Below, piece by piece: positions 38,117 to 48,921 of a stretch of 64,000 bases of DNA (positions are counted from its first letter, which is position 1; every line of letters begins with the position of its first letter). Location of the stretch: assembly GCF_002899675.1 (NCBI RefSeq), contig NZ_PKUU01000025.1, positions 48,555-112,554 of the forward strand, given 5' to 3'. This stretch comes from Clostridium sp. chh4-2. Lineage in GTDB: Bacteria; Bacillota; Clostridia; Lachnospirales; Lachnospiraceae. The notes under the pieces were generated by a model. The model had not been told where the DNA came from and searched no databases. It saw only the letters and a program-made list of their open reading frames with translations. A program made the position numbers and the translations under genes.

Positions 38117-40396
38117 ATGACAAATGATACGGTTTCGGAAAAACTGAATATAGAGCTGGAGGCTCCGGCGGACTTTACAAGCCCGGAAGAGCTCTATGAT
38201 GATCTGATTAAAAGCATACGGAAATACCACCCGTCTGATGATATCAGCCTGGTAGAAAAAGCTTATAAGATCGCATATGATGCCCACAAAGAGCAGAAGA
38301 GAAAATCGGGTGAACCCTATATCATTCACCCTCTTTGCGTTGCCATTATTCTGGCGGATCTGGAACTGGATAAGGAGACGATAGTCGCCGGAATCCTTCA
38401 CGATGTGGTGGAGGATACGGTGATGACCGGAGAAGAGGTTGCCAAGGAATTCGGAGAAGAGGTTGCCCTTTTGGTGGACGGCGTCACGAAACTGACCCAG
38501 TTGTCCTGGTCCATGGATAAAGTGGAGATTCAGGCGGAAAATCTGCGCAAGATGTTCTTAGCCATGGCAAAGGATATCCGCGTAATCCTGATTAAGCTGG
38601 CCGACCGTCTCCACAACATGAGAACGCTCCAGTACATGAGGCCTGAGAAACAGAAGGAAAAGGCCAAAGAGACCATGGAGATCTATGCCCCCATCGCTCA
38701 CCGTCTGGGCATTTCCAAGATCAAGATCGAACTGGATGACCTTTCATTAAAGTATTTAAAGCCGGATGTCTATTATGATCTGGCGGAAAAGATCACACTG
38801 CGCAGGGATGCAAGAGAAGCATTTGTAAAAGAAATTGTGGAAGAAGTGAAAAAGCAGATTAAGGAAGCCGGGATTGAAGCCCAGGTGGACGGAAGAGTGA
38901 AGCATTTCTTCAGTATATATAAAAAGATGGTGAACCAGGATAAGACCCTGGACCAGATTTACGATTTGTTCGCAGTCCGCATTATTGTGGACACCGTAAA
39001 GGACTGTTATGCCGCATTGGGAGTGATCCACGAGCTTTACAAGCCGATTCCGGGCCGTTTCAAGGATTACATCGCCATGCCGAAACCCAATATGTACCAG
39101 TCCCTCCATACCACGCTGATCGGCAGCAGCGGACGCCCATTTGAGATTCAGATCAGAACCTTTGAGATGCACCGCACCGCGGAATTCGGTATTGCGGCCC
39201 ACTGGAAGTATAAAGAGAGCGGAAGCGGCCAGGTGGCGGCAGGGGATGAAGAGGCCAAGTTAAGCTGGCTTCGTCAGATTCTGGAATGGCAGCGGGACAT
39301 GTCGGACAACAAAGAGTTCCTGAGCCTGATTAAGAGCGACTTGGACCTGTTTTCAGACAGCGTTTACTGCTTTACTCCGTCAGGAGATGTGAAAACCCTT
39401 CCCAGCGGTTCCACTCCCATCGATTTCGCATATTCGATTCACAGTGCGGTGGGAAACAAGATGGTGGGAGCCAGGGTTAACGGAAAACTGGTCAATATCG
39501 ATTATGTGATCCAGAACGGCGACAGAATCGAGATCATCACGTCCCAGAACTCCAAGGGGCCCAGCCGTGACTGGCTTTCCCTGGTTAAGAGCACACAGGC
39601 CAAGAATAAGATCAACCAGTGGTTTAAGACCGAACTGAAAGAAGACAACATTTTAAAAGGTAAGGAGATGATCGAACGCTACTGCAAGGCGAAGGGCATC
39701 AACTTATCCGATATCAATAAACCGGAATACATGGAAAAGGTTATGGCCCGTTATGCGTTCCGTGACTGGGATTCGGTTCTCGCTTCCATCGGACACGGAG
39801 GCCTGAAAGAAGGCCAGATCATCAACAAGATGCTGGATGAGCGGGAAAAGAAACTGAAAAAAGAAGTGACGGACACCAACATCTTAGACGGCATTGCGGA
39901 GATGACCAACAAGGTTCCTGTTTCCAAAAAATCCAAGAGCGGCATTGTGGTAAAGGGAATTCACGATGTGGCGGTGCGTTTCTCCAGATGCTGCAGCCCG
40001 GTTCCGGGCGACGAGATCGTGGGATTTGTGACCAGAGGCCGTGGCGTTTCCATACACAGAACGGACTGCATCAATATCATCAACCTTCCGGAAGACGAGA
40101 GGGCCAGACTGATTGATGCCGAGTGGCAGCAGGCGGAAGGCGGCGAAAACCGCGAGCGCTATTCCACAGAGATCCAGATCTATGCAAACAACCGGATCGG
40201 CATGTTCGTAGATATTTCCAAGGTTTTCACAGAGCGGCAGATCGACATTACGTCCATGAATGTGCGGACCAGCAAACAGGGAAAAGCCACGATTATTATG
40301 ACATTTGACATACATGGAATTGAGGAATTGAATCGTTTGACAGATAAATTGAGACAAATTGAAGGCGTATTAGATATTGAGAGAACTGCGGGGTAG
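38117..40396 (+). CDS. relA: Bifunctional (p)ppGpp synthetase/hydrolase Rel (RelA/SpoT family)
   Basis: HD domain (HPL..ILADL), RelA_SpoT synthetase (DLFAVRIIV), TGS and C-terminal ACT; 759 aa. Confidence 0.9.
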   Translation: MTNDTVSEKLNIELEAPADFTSPEELYDDLIKSIRKYHPSDDISLVEKAYKIAYDAHKEQKRKSGEPYIIHPLCVAIILADLELDKETIVAGILHDVVEDTVMTGEEVAKEFGEEVALLVDGVTKLTQLSWSMDKVEIQAENLRKMFLAMAKDIRVILIKLADRLHNMRTLQYMRPEKQKEKAKETMEIYAPIAHRLGISKIKIELDDLSLKYLKPDVYYDLAEKITLRRDAREAFVKEIVEEVKKQIKEAGIEAQVDGRVKHFFSIYKKMVNQDKTLDQIYDLFAVRIIVDTVKDCYAALGVIHELYKPIPGRFKDYIAMPKPNMYQSLHTTLIGSSGRPFEIQIRTFEMHRTAEFGIAAHWKYKESGSGQVAAGDEEAKLSWLRQILEWQRDMSDNKEFLSLIKSDLDLFSDSVYCFTPSGDVKTLPSGSTPIDFAYSIHSAVGNKMVGARVNGKLVNIDYVIQNGDRIEIITSQNSKGPSRDWLSLVKSTQAKNKINQWFKTELKEDNILKGKEMIERYCKAKGINLSDINKPEYMEKVMARYAFRDWDSVLASIGHGGLKEGQIINKMLDEREKKLKKEVTDTNILDGIAEMTNKVPVSKKSKSGIVVKGIHDVAVRFSRCCSPVPGDEIVGFVTRGRGVSIHRTDCINIINLPEDERARLIDAEWQQAEGGENRERYSTEIQIYANNRIGMFVDISKVFTERQIDITSMNVRTSKQGKATIIMTFDIHGIEELNRLTDKLRQIEGVLDIERTAG

Positions 40397-40482
40397 GATA
40401 TCGCAGTTTTTCTCATATCATAGGAGATGATTTCTGCTGATATTAGAACAGCTGTCTAACAGGAAATGGAAGGTGAGGGAAC

Positions 40483-41133
40483 ATGAGCGATTTTCGTATT
40501 AAGACTTGTGTGCTGGGAATGGTCAGCACCAATTGTTATATCATATATAATGAGAATAAAAAAGAGGGCATTATTGTTGATCCGGCGGATAACGGGATGT
40601 ATATTTTAAACAGGTGCAGAGAGCTGGGGGTAACTCCCGCCGCAGTTCTTCTGACCCACGGCCATTTTGATCATATCATGGCTGTGGACGATATCAGGCG
40701 GTCATTCCGGGTAACCGTGTATATGGGGATGAATGAGGAGAACCTGTTGAAAGACCCGTATCAGAACCTTTCCGGTACCATGGGATCGGAACAGACCAGC
40801 ATGGAAGCGGATTATCTGCTGCGGGATAATGAAGTCATCACTGTGGCAGGATATAAGATCAAGGTGTTGGAGACGCCGGGCCATACGGTTGGTTCCGTAT
40901 GCTATCTGTTCGAAGACGAAGATGTGCTGATCAGCGGGGATACGCTGTTTGCGGATTCTCTCGGCAGAACGGATCTGCCCACCGGAAGTTCTTCGGAGAT
41001 TGTGAAGTCCATAACAGAACGGCTGTTTCCGTTAAAAGACGATATCATGGTTTATCCGGGCCATGGAGAGCCCACCACCATTGGACACGAGAAAAAATAT
41101 AATCCGGTTGCGGTTTATATGAGAAGAAGATAG
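40483..41133 (+). CDS. MBL-fold metallo-hydrolase
   Basis: LLTHGHFDHIMAVDD metal-binding motif; 216 aa. Confidence 0.8.
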   Translation: MSDFRIKTCVLGMVSTNCYIIYNENKKEGIIVDPADNGMYILNRCRELGVTPAAVLLTHGHFDHIMAVDDIRRSFRVTVYMGMNEENLLKDPYQNLSGTMGSEQTSMEADYLLRDNEVITVAGYKIKVLETPGHTVGSVCYLFEDEDVLISGDTLFADSLGRTDLPTGSSSEIVKSITERLFPLKDDIMVYPGHGEPTTIGHEKKYNPVAVYMRRR

Positions 41134-41147
41134 GAATTGATAAAACT

Positions 41148-42602
41148 ATGATAGGAATATTGCTAAATGATTCTGCCTATGAGCAGGATATCAGGGAATT
41201 ATTGATGGCTTTCTATCCGGGAGAGACATTTTCCCACGAAGAAACCACAGATAATACATTTGAAATACAAGGAATCCTGGATGATTCCCATTCAAATTTC
41301 ACCCTCCGGATGAAAGCGGCAGAACAGCCTTTCGAGCAGGAATGCTCTTTCGCTGTGATTTACCAGGACCGTTTTGAAACAAAAAACAGGATAAAGAGGC
41401 ATCTGTATCTGATGCTGAAAGAGCGCACCGGAAAAGAACTTCCCTGGGGAACTCTGACCGGCATCCGCCCTACCAAAATCGCCATGACCAAGTTTCAGGA
41501 AGGCATGACAGAGGAACAGATTTATCATTACATGAAAGATACGTATTATACCAGCGATGAAAAAATCGCGCTGAGCATAGAGATTGCCAAACGGGAAAAA
41601 CAGCTGTTGTCCACCATTGATTATGAACATGGGTACAGCCTGTATATCGGAATTCCATTTTGTCCAACCACCTGTCTGTACTGTTCCTTCACCTCATACC
41701 CAATCGGCAAATGGCAGGGCAGAACCCATCTCTATCTGGAAGCTCTGTTTCATGAGATGGAATACGTGGCAGAGAGGATGAAAGGACGGACTCTGGATAC
41801 GGTGTATTTCGGAGGCGGCACCCCCACCTCCCTTCCGGCCGAAGATTTGGATCGGCTGATCACCAAATTAAAAGAGACATTTGACTTTTCATCCGTTCAG
41901 GAATTTACCGTGGAAGCAGGACGGCCCGACAGCATTACCAGGGAAAAATTCCAAGTGCTGAAAAAACACGGCGTGGACCGCATTTCCATCAATCCGCAGA
42001 CCATGAAGCAGGAGACCCTGGACCTGATCGGCCGCCATCATACGGTGGAAATGGTGAAGGACTGCTTTAAACTGGCCCGTGAGATGGGATTTGACAACAT
42101 CAATATGGACCTGATCATCGGACTTCCCGAAGAAACCATGGAAGACGTGGTAAGTACCATGGAAGAGATCAAGGCGTTAGGGCCGGACAGCGTAACGGTT
42201 CATTCCCTTGCCATCAAGAGAGCCGCCCGCCTCAACATGTTTAAAGAAAAATATGCAGACCTGAAGATTACCAACACCCAGGAGATGATCGACCTGACCG
42301 CAAGATATGCCAGAGAGATGGGCATGGAACCTTATTATCTGTACCGCCAGAAGAACATGGCCGGGAATTTTGAAAATGTAGGTTATGCGCTTCCCGGAAA
42401 GGCATGTATCTATAATATTCTGATTATGGAAGAGAAGCAGACCATCGCAGCCTGCGGCGCGGGAACTACGACAAAAGTGCTCTATGCTTCGGAAAACAGG
42501 CTGGAACGGGCGGAGAATGTGAAGGATGTGGATCTGTATATTCAAAAAACAGATGAAATGATAGCAAGAAAGGAAAAATTGCTTGCAAAATTAGAAATGT
42601 AA
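41148..42602 (+). CDS. Radical SAM coproporphyrinogen-III oxidase-like protein (HemN/HemZ family)
   Basis: YIGIPFCPTTCLYCSF CxxxCxxC; about 484 aa with the N-terminal extension typical of HemZ. Confidence 0.65.
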   Translation: MIGILLNDSAYEQDIRELLMAFYPGETFSHEETTDNTFEIQGILDDSHSNFTLRMKAAEQPFEQECSFAVIYQDRFETKNRIKRHLYLMLKERTGKELPWGTLTGIRPTKIAMTKFQEGMTEEQIYHYMKDTYYTSDEKIALSIEIAKREKQLLSTIDYEHGYSLYIGIPFCPTTCLYCSFTSYPIGKWQGRTHLYLEALFHEMEYVAERMKGRTLDTVYFGGGTPTSLPAEDLDRLITKLKETFDFSSVQEFTVEAGRPDSITREKFQVLKKHGVDRISINPQTMKQETLDLIGRHHTVEMVKDCFKLAREMGFDNINMDLIIGLPEETMEDVVSTMEEIKALGPDSVTVHSLAIKRAARLNMFKEKYADLKITNTQEMIDLTARYAREMGMEPYYLYRQKNMAGNFENVGYALPGKACIYNILIMEEKQTIAACGAGTTTKVLYASENRLERAENVKDVDLYIQKTDEMIARKEKLLAKLEM

Positions 42603-42629
42603 TTTAAAATAGAACGTGGCCATCAAGAT

Positions 42630-42723
42630 TTAACATTAAGGGTGAAGGCATTTTCGAAAATGCCTTCACGTTTAAAGTAAAACGTCAAGGCATTTTCGAA
42701 AATGCCTTCACCCTTAATGTTAA
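42630..42723. repeat. 94-nt composite palindrome: two near-identical 28-nt perfect hairpins (GTGAAGGCATTTTCGAAAATGCCTTCAC) enclosed by a 13-bp outer inverted repeat
   Basis: ttaacattaaggg[GTGAAGGCATTTTCGAAAATGCCTTCAC]gtttaaagtaaaac[GTCAAGGCATTTTCGAAAATGCCTTCAC]ccttaatgttaa, read directly from the sequence. Confidence 0.85.
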
Positions 42724-42779
42724 ATCCGGTGGTCCCTTGAATTAGAAAAGCCGCAGCTGCGGCAGAATGAGAGGAAATT

Positions 42780-44051
42780 ATGGCAGCAACACTGAAAAAG
42801 AAGCCGGTTACCGGCATGAAAGACATCCTTCCCGCAGAGATGCAGGTAAGGGATTATGTGATGAATCAGATAAAAGAAACCTACCGCGGTTTCGGGTTCC
42901 AGTCGATTGAAACTCCCTGCGTGGAACATATTGAGAATTTAACCAGCAAGCAGGGCGGCGATAATGAAAAGCTGATCTTTAAAATCATGAAGAGAGGCGA
43001 AAAACTGAATTTGGAGACAGCACAGGAGGAAAAGGATCTGGTGGACAGCGGACTGCGCTACGACCTTACTGTACCCCTCTGCCGGTATTATTCCAACAAT
43101 GCGGCACAGCTTCCGGCTCCGTTCAAAGCCCTTCAGATGGGCTCCGTATGGAGAGCCGACCGCCCTCAGAGAGGACGTTTCAGACAGTTTGTCCAGTGTG
43201 ATATCGATATTTTAGGCGATCCTACTAATTTGGCTGAGATCGAGCTGATTTTAGCTACCACAACCCTGCTTGGAAAGATCGGTTTTGACAAATATAATTA
43301 CCGCATCCGCATCAACGACCGCAACATCTTAAAAGGAATGGCAGCTTACTGCGGCTTCCCGGAAGACGATTATGATAAGATCTTCATTTCTTTAGATAAG
43401 ATGGACAAGATCGGCATGGACGGCGTAGAGGCAGAGCTGACTGAGATGGGATATGACGCAGACCAGGTGAAAAAATATCTGGGACTGTTTTCTTCCGTGA
43501 CCCATGACGCGTCAGGCGTCCGCAGTTTGGGAGAAGTCCTTGCAGAAGTGATGGAGCCGGCAAAAGCCGAGAATCTGGCCGTGATCATGGACAGCGTGGC
43601 CAATGTTCCTTCCTGCAAATTCGATATCGTGTTCGACCCGACCTTAGTCCGCGGCATGTCCTACTATACGGGAACTATTTTTGAGATTGAAGTGGAAGGT
43701 TTCCCTGGATCAGTGGGCGGCGGCGGCCGTTATGACAAGATGATCGGCAAATTCACCGGCATGGAAACGCCGGCCTGCGGATTTTCCATCGGTTTTGAAA
43801 GAATCATAACAATTCTGATGGAAAATGGATTTACTGTGCCTGGTTCCAAGGCTAAAAAGGCATATTTGATTGAAAAAGGCGTCAGCAGCGAGGTGATGTC
43901 CAAGGTAATCGAAGAGGCCATGCAGGAACGGTCCGAGGGAGTTCAGGTTCTGGTTTCCCAGATGAACAAGAATAAAAAATTCCAGAAAGAGCAGCTTCAG
44001 AAAGAAGGATATCTGGAATTTAAGGAATTTTATAAAGAAGCGTTAAAATAG
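42780..44051 (+). CDS. hisS: Histidine--tRNA ligase
   Basis: Class II aaRS motifs; 423 aa; strong RBS. Confidence 0.9.
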   Translation: MAATLKKKPVTGMKDILPAEMQVRDYVMNQIKETYRGFGFQSIETPCVEHIENLTSKQGGDNEKLIFKIMKRGEKLNLETAQEEKDLVDSGLRYDLTVPLCRYYSNNAAQLPAPFKALQMGSVWRADRPQRGRFRQFVQCDIDILGDPTNLAEIELILATTTLLGKIGFDKYNYRIRINDRNILKGMAAYCGFPEDDYDKIFISLDKMDKIGMDGVEAELTEMGYDADQVKKYLGLFSSVTHDASGVRSLGEVLAEVMEPAKAENLAVIMDSVANVPSCKFDIVFDPTLVRGMSYYTGTIFEIEVEGFPGSVGGGGRYDKMIGKFTGMETPACGFSIGFERIITILMENGFTVPGSKAKKAYLIEKGVSSEVMSKVIEEAMQERSEGVQVLVSQMNKNKKFQKEQLQKEGYLEFKEFYKEALK

Positions 44052-44082
44052 AGAGCAGAACGAGCGTAAAAGGAGAAAAGTC

Positions 44083-45876
44083 ATGGCAGAGTCAATGAGG
44101 GGACTGAAACGTTCCCACAGATGTACAGAAGTTACAACCGCTAATATCGGCCAGGAAGTGACCGTTATGGGCTGGGTACAGAAGAGCAGAAATAAAGGCG
44201 GCATCATTTTCGTGGATTTAAGAGACCGTTCCGGTATCATCCAGTTAATATTTGAAGAGAGCGACTGTGGAACAGAAAATTTTGAAAAAGCTGAGAAGCT
44301 GAGAAGCGAATTCGTTGTGGCCGTTACAGGACGGGTGGAAGCCCGTTCCGGCGCAGTGAATGAAAACCTGGCAACCGGAGCGATTGAAGTCCGTGCCAAC
44401 AGCCTGCGCATCTTATCCGAGTCGGAAACACCTCCTTTCCCGATTGAGGAAAACAGCAAGACGAAAGAAGAACTTCGTCTGAAATACCGCTATCTGGATC
44501 TGAGAAGACCTGATATTCAAAGGAATATGATGCTTCGAAGCGATATCGCGATTCTCACAAGACAGTTTTTGGCAGAAGAAGGATTTTTGGAGATCGAAAC
44601 TCCTACTCTGGTTAAGAGTACCCCGGAAGGAGCCCGCGATTATCTGGTTCCAAGCCGCGTGCATCCAGGTTCCTTCTATGCGCTTCCACAGTCTCCGCAG
44701 ATTTACAAACAGCTTTTGATGTGCTCCGGATATGACCGTTATTTCCAACTGGCAAGATGCTACCGCGACGAGGACCTTCGTGCGGACAGACAGCCGGAAT
44801 TCACACAGATCGACATGGAATTATCATTTGTGGATGTGGACGATGTGCTGGATGTCAATGAAAGACTTCTGCAGAAGTTATTTAAGGAGATTCTGAACTA
44901 CGATATCGAACTGCCGATCCAAAGGATGACATGGCAGGAAGCCATGGACCGTTTTGGTTCCGATAAGCCGGATATGCGTTTCGGCATGGAATTAAAAGAT
45001 GTTTCAAAAGTGGTGGAGGGCTGTGAGTTCGCAGTATTTAAAGGCGCTCTTGAAAATGGAGGTTCTGTCCGCGGAATCAACGCAGAAGGACAGGGCGCTA
45101 TGCCGAGAAAGAAGATCGACGCATTAGTTGAATTTGCAAAAGGCTTCGGCGCAAAAGGCCTGGCCTATCTGGCTGTAAATGAAGACGGAACTTATAAATC
45201 CTCCTTTGCAAAATTCATGAAGGAAGAAGAATTGACCGCGCTTGTGGAAGCTATGGGCGGAAAGCCTGGCGACCTGCTTTTATTTGCAGCGGATAAGAAT
45301 AAAGTTGTTTACGACGTGCTTGGCAACCTGCGTCTGGAACTGGCAAAACAGCAGAATCTGCTTAAAAAAGATGATTTCAAATTCCTGTGGGTAACAGAAT
45401 TCCCGCTTTTAGAGTACTCCGAAGAGCAGGGACGTTTCATGGCAATGCACCATCCGTTTACTATGCCTATGGAAGAAGACTGGCATATGATCGACACCGA
45501 TCCGGGCGCAGTCCGGGCAAAAGCTTATGATATCGTATTAAACGGTACGGAGCTGGGCGGCGGATCTGTCCGTATTCATCAGGCCGATATTCAGTCCAAG
45601 ATGTTTGAAGTTCTTGGATTCACACCGGAATCCGCTTATGAGCAGTTCGGCTTCCTGTTAGATGCATTTAAATACGGCGTTCCGCCTCACGCAGGTCTGG
45701 CATACGGTTTAGACCGTGTGGCAATGCTGATGTTAGGCTGTGACAGCATCCGCGACGTGATCGCATTCCCTAAGGTGAAGGATGCGTCCTGTCTGATGTC
45801 GGAAGCTCCGTCCGTTGTAGATGTGAAGCAGCTGGAAGAACTTGGCATTGAAGTGAGTAAAGGCGCTCAGGAATAA
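44083..45876 (+). CDS. aspS: Aspartate--tRNA ligase
   Basis: N-terminal OB fold, [20 protein letters not shown] class II motifs; 597 aa. Confidence 0.9.
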   Translation: MAESMRGLKRSHRCTEVTTANIGQEVTVMGWVQKSRNKGGIIFVDLRDRSGIIQLIFEESDCGTENFEKAEKLRSEFVVAVTGRVEARSGAVNENLATGAIEVRANSLRILSESETPPFPIEENSKTKEELRLKYRYLDLRRPDIQRNMMLRSDIAILTRQFLAEEGFLEIETPTLVKSTPEGARDYLVPSRVHPGSFYALPQSPQIYKQLLMCSGYDRYFQLARCYRDEDLRADRQPEFTQIDMELSFVDVDDVLDVNERLLQKLFKEILNYDIELPIQRMTWQEAMDRFGSDKPDMRFGMELKDVSKVVEGCEFAVFKGALENGGSVRGINAEGQGAMPRKKIDALVEFAKGFGAKGLAYLAVNEDGTYKSSFAKFMKEEELTALVEAMGGKPGDLLLFAADKNKVVYDVLGNLRLELAKQQNLLKKDDFKFLWVTEFPLLEYSEEQGRFMAMHHPFTMPMEEDWHMIDTDPGAVRAKAYDIVLNGTELGGGSVRIHQADIQSKMFEVLGFTPESAYEQFGFLLDAFKYGVPPHAGLAYGLDRVAMLMLGCDSIRDVIAFPKVKDASCLMSEAPSVVDVKQLEELGIEVSKGAQE

Positions 45877-45887
45877 AGGAAGGTCAG

Positions 45888-46808
45888 ATGGAATTAGCAG
45901 CCATAACCGCGTATAAGATCATCACCATGTTTGTGATGGCGATGATCGGTGCGGTTTGTTTCAAAACAAATATTATTACCTCCGAAACAAACGGAAAATT
46001 ATCCAATCTTCTTTTGATGGTGATCGCACCACTGATGATTTTCTGTTCCTATCAGAGGGAATTCAGCAGACAGCAGCTGGAAGGGCTTTTCATGGCTCTG
46101 TTTCTGGCTGCTGTAAGCCATGTTATCGCAATTCTCATCACAAAAGTATTCATCCGGAAAAGTTCGGGAGAAAATTATGGAATTGAAAGCATGGCCGCCA
46201 TTTATTCCAACTGCGGTTTTATGGGAATCCCCCTGGTCAATGGAATCTTTGGCGCTGACGGCGTATTTTACATAACCGCCTACATAACCGTGTTCAACCT
46301 GTTCGTCTGGACCCACGGAATTTTATTGATGATTGGAAAGCAGACGGCAAAAGAGGCGCTGAAGGCGATGAAAACGCCGACCATATTCGCAATTGCAGCC
46401 GGCCTCATTTTCTATCTCTTCCAGATCCGACTGCCGGAAATGATCCGGGAACCTTTGGCCGCTTTAGGAGACATGAACACTCCGGTGGCAATGCTGGTAG
46501 CAGGCGCTTCCCTGGCAGACAGCAGCCTGATTAAGATGCTGAAGAAAAAGAGGATATATCTGATCAGCTCGCTCAGACTTCTTGTGATTCCGCTTATAAC
46601 CATGGTTGTTTTAAATGCATTTCATCTGGACCCCATGGTTACAACCACGGTAGTTTTAGCCACAGCCTGTCCGGCTGGATCGACAGGAACCTTATTCGCC
46701 CTCCGGTACGGAAAGGACGCCATCTATGCATCCGAGCTTTTCGGGGTGACGACAACCCTGTCCTTAATCACGATTCCTCTCGTGATGCTTGTATACACTT
46801 TTTTATAG
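45888..46808 (+). CDS. AEC-family (auxin efflux carrier / malate permease-like) membrane transporter
   Basis: 306 aa, 10 TM; AEC-type N-terminus. Confidence 0.7.
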   Translation: MELAAITAYKIITMFVMAMIGAVCFKTNIITSETNGKLSNLLLMVIAPLMIFCSYQREFSRQQLEGLFMALFLAAVSHVIAILITKVFIRKSSGENYGIESMAAIYSNCGFMGIPLVNGIFGADGVFYITAYITVFNLFVWTHGILLMIGKQTAKEALKAMKTPTIFAIAAGLIFYLFQIRLPEMIREPLAALGDMNTPVAMLVAGASLADSSLIKMLKKKRIYLISSLRLLVIPLITMVVLNAFHLDPMVTTTVVLATACPAGSTGTLFALRYGKDAIYASELFGVTTTLSLITIPLVMLVYTFL

Positions 46809-46949
46809 AAAATGTCTTTTGAGCGAAAAGAAAATATGGACATATATTTAAAATGCCTTGTAATCACAAGGCATTTGTGTTATTATGAAAACAGATGTAA
46901 AGTGTATACAAGTACATAATAAGACATAAATTTAAGGAGGATGTTTACA

Positions 46950-47792
46950 ATGGATATTCGTTATTCTTGCAACCAGAGAGACTTTAAACGTTATACAACA
47001 CAGGAGACAAGGGATGAGTTCCTGATTGAGAACTTATATGTTCCCAACGAAGTGGTAGCCGTATATTCTCACGTTGACCGTATGGTAACATTGGGATGTA
47101 TGCCTACGACAGAGACTGTTTCCATTGATAAAGGAATCGATATCTGGGCTAATTTTGGTACAAGCTATTTCCTTGAGAGACGTGAAATCGGTATTTTCAA
47201 CATCGGCGGATCAGGTGTGATCAAAGCTGACGGCGTTGAATACAAGATGGGATATAAAGACTGCTTATACATCACAAAGGGAACAAAAGAAGTTCTGTTC
47301 TCCAGCGATGACGCTTCCAACCCTTCAAAATTCTATATGGTAAGCGCACCTGCCCACAAGGCATGCAAGACCACATTTATTCCGATCGAAGACGCAGCTA
47401 AGAAACCTCTTGGCGCTATGGAAACATCCAACAAGCGTGTGATCAACCAGTTCATCCATCCGGATGTTCTTGAAACATGCCAGTTATCCATGGGTATGAC
47501 TGTTTTAGATCCGGGCAGCGTTTGGAACACCATGCCGGCTCATACACATGAGAGACGTATGGAAGTTTATATGTATTTCGAAGTTCCGGAAAACAACGTA
47601 GTATTTCATATGATGGGCGAAGGAAATGAAACAAGACATATCGTAATGCAGAATGAGCAGGCAGTTATCAGCCCATCCTGGAGCATCCATGCAGGAGCAG
47701 GTACCAGCAACTATACCTTTATCTGGGCTATGGGCGGCGAGAACCAGGCATTCGACGATATGGACACCATTCCAACAACTGAATTAAGATAA
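46950..47792 (+). CDS. kduI: 5-dehydro-4-deoxy-D-glucuronate isomerase
   Basis: Near-colinear with E. coli KduI (SYFLERRE.G..NIGG, ETCQLSMG, WNTMPAHTHERRMEVY, HIVMQNEQAVISPSWSIHAG); aaggagga RBS before ATG 46950. Confidence 0.85.
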   Translation: MDIRYSCNQRDFKRYTTQETRDEFLIENLYVPNEVVAVYSHVDRMVTLGCMPTTETVSIDKGIDIWANFGTSYFLERREIGIFNIGGSGVIKADGVEYKMGYKDCLYITKGTKEVLFSSDDASNPSKFYMVSAPAHKACKTTFIPIEDAAKKPLGAMETSNKRVINQFIHPDVLETCQLSMGMTVLDPGSVWNTMPAHTHERRMEVYMYFEVPENNVVFHMMGEGNETRHIVMQNEQAVISPSWSIHAGAGTSNYTFIWAMGGENQAFDDMDTIPTTELR

Positions 47793-47805
47793 TAGAATTG
47801 AATCG

Positions 47806-47860
47806 ATTGCCAATCCTGCGGCCGGCGAAAGCCGGGCGCGGGGATTGGCAATTTTTATTT
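47806..47860 (+). terminator. Rho-independent terminator of kduI
   Basis: attgccaatcc...ggattggcaat stem followed by tttttattt. Confidence 0.8.
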
Positions 47861-47875
47861 AGTTAACTAAGGTAC

Positions 47876-48173
47876 GCCGGAAAGAAGGGGAACCCCAGGC
47901 AGGCGGCGGAAGGAATATGATAAATGGGGATTCGGGATTCGCCCCTAAGATGTACTAAGACCCGCAAAGACAAAAAGAGACAGGGCAGCGCCCATTCGCA
48001 GTGAACTCCTGATGACTTCACTGCTCAGGGGGCGCTTTAGAAACTGACCTGGAAATCAGTTTCTACCTGTCTCTTTTTGTCTCTGCAGATCTAAGTACAA
48101 CTAAGGGGTTCCATACGATCCCCATTTATCATATTCCTTCCGCCGCCTGCCTGGGGTTCCCCTTCTTTCCGGC
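47876..48173. repeat. ~300-bp nested imperfect palindrome (MITE-like or structured-RNA-like element) with 53-bp perfect terminal arms
   Basis: 47878-47930 ccggaaagaaggggaaccccaggcaggcggcggaaggaatatgataaatgggga is the exact reverse complement of 48120-48172. The inner arms (gacaaaaagagacagg / cctgtctctttttgtc) and a central double hairpin are also inverted. Confidence 0.8.
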
Positions 48174-48228
48174 TGTTGCTTGGCTAGCCGAGGATAAATA
48201 AGATTTGTTGGATTAGAAATCAAGTTTT

Positions 48229-48813
48229 TTATATCACCAGCTTGATTCCATACCAAATCAGAATAATCCCCATAGCCCAGTTGAAAAGCTTCCGGTGCTT
48301 TCCGATGCCGGACTGAAGTGCATTTCCCGCCATAGCCCAGGTAAGTGTACCCAGGATGCCGACGGCTGTATTCAAAAAGGCAGAAGCCGCGAGAGACGGA
48401 ACGGAACGGGAAAACGGCAGCACATAGCATGTATAAATAGTGACCGCATAGAGTATAATTTTCACATTCATAAACTGCAGCAAAAACCCGTTCCAAAAAG
48501 AACTTTTTCCGCCGCTTTCCGTGTTATCCTGCCGGCTTAAAACGATGTGTACGGCCAGCCAAATCAGATATGCCGCCCCTATGTATTTCATGAACGAAGT
48601 AAAAGCGGGCAGAACTCCTGCCATACCAAAACAGCCGGCGGCGCAGATGACCATCACGCATGTAAAGCCGGAAGCGATCCCAAGTATCATGGGTTTTCCG
48701 CGTTTCCATCCGTAAGAGGTCATGGTGTTGAGCGCCAGAATGTTATTGGGCCCGGGGGTGAATGCGGTTATCATAGCATAGGGCAGATAAGAAATTAAAA
48801 TAGTAGTCAGCAC
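48229..48813 (-). CDS. LysE/RhtB-family amino-acid exporter
   Basis: MLTTILISYLPYAMITAFTPGPNNILAL signature; 194 aa. Confidence 0.8.
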   Translation of the reverse strand: MLTTILISYLPYAMITAFTPGPNNILALNTMTSYGWKRGKPMILGIASGFTCVMVICAAGCFGMAGVLPAFTSFMKYIGAAYLIWLAVHIVLSRQDNTESGGKSSFWNGFLLQFMNVKIILYAVTIYTCYVLPFSRSVPSLAASAFLNTAVGILGTLTWAMAGNALQSGIGKHRKLFNWAMGIILIWYGIKLVI

Positions 48814-48921
48814 TTGTTATCATCCTCCTTTTGGAATATAATACAATCAAAATAATATTAAAACAAATTGAAATAATTATAAAAATAATTTGATTTTATT
48901 GAAGTAAAGAGAGGCGCAGGA

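Noticed and set aside
42603-42779. T-box leader for hisS
   Set aside because: The leader is too short (about 177 nt) and lacks the AATTAGGGTGGNACCGCG T-box sequence and specifier-loop architecture. It is occupied by the double-hairpin palindrome instead.
48101-48496. ORFs 48101..48496 (-) and 48295..48540 (+) overlapping the palindromic element and the LysE gene
   Set aside because: They are alternative frames of the lysE-family gene or of the palindrome, with no RBS and no homology pattern.
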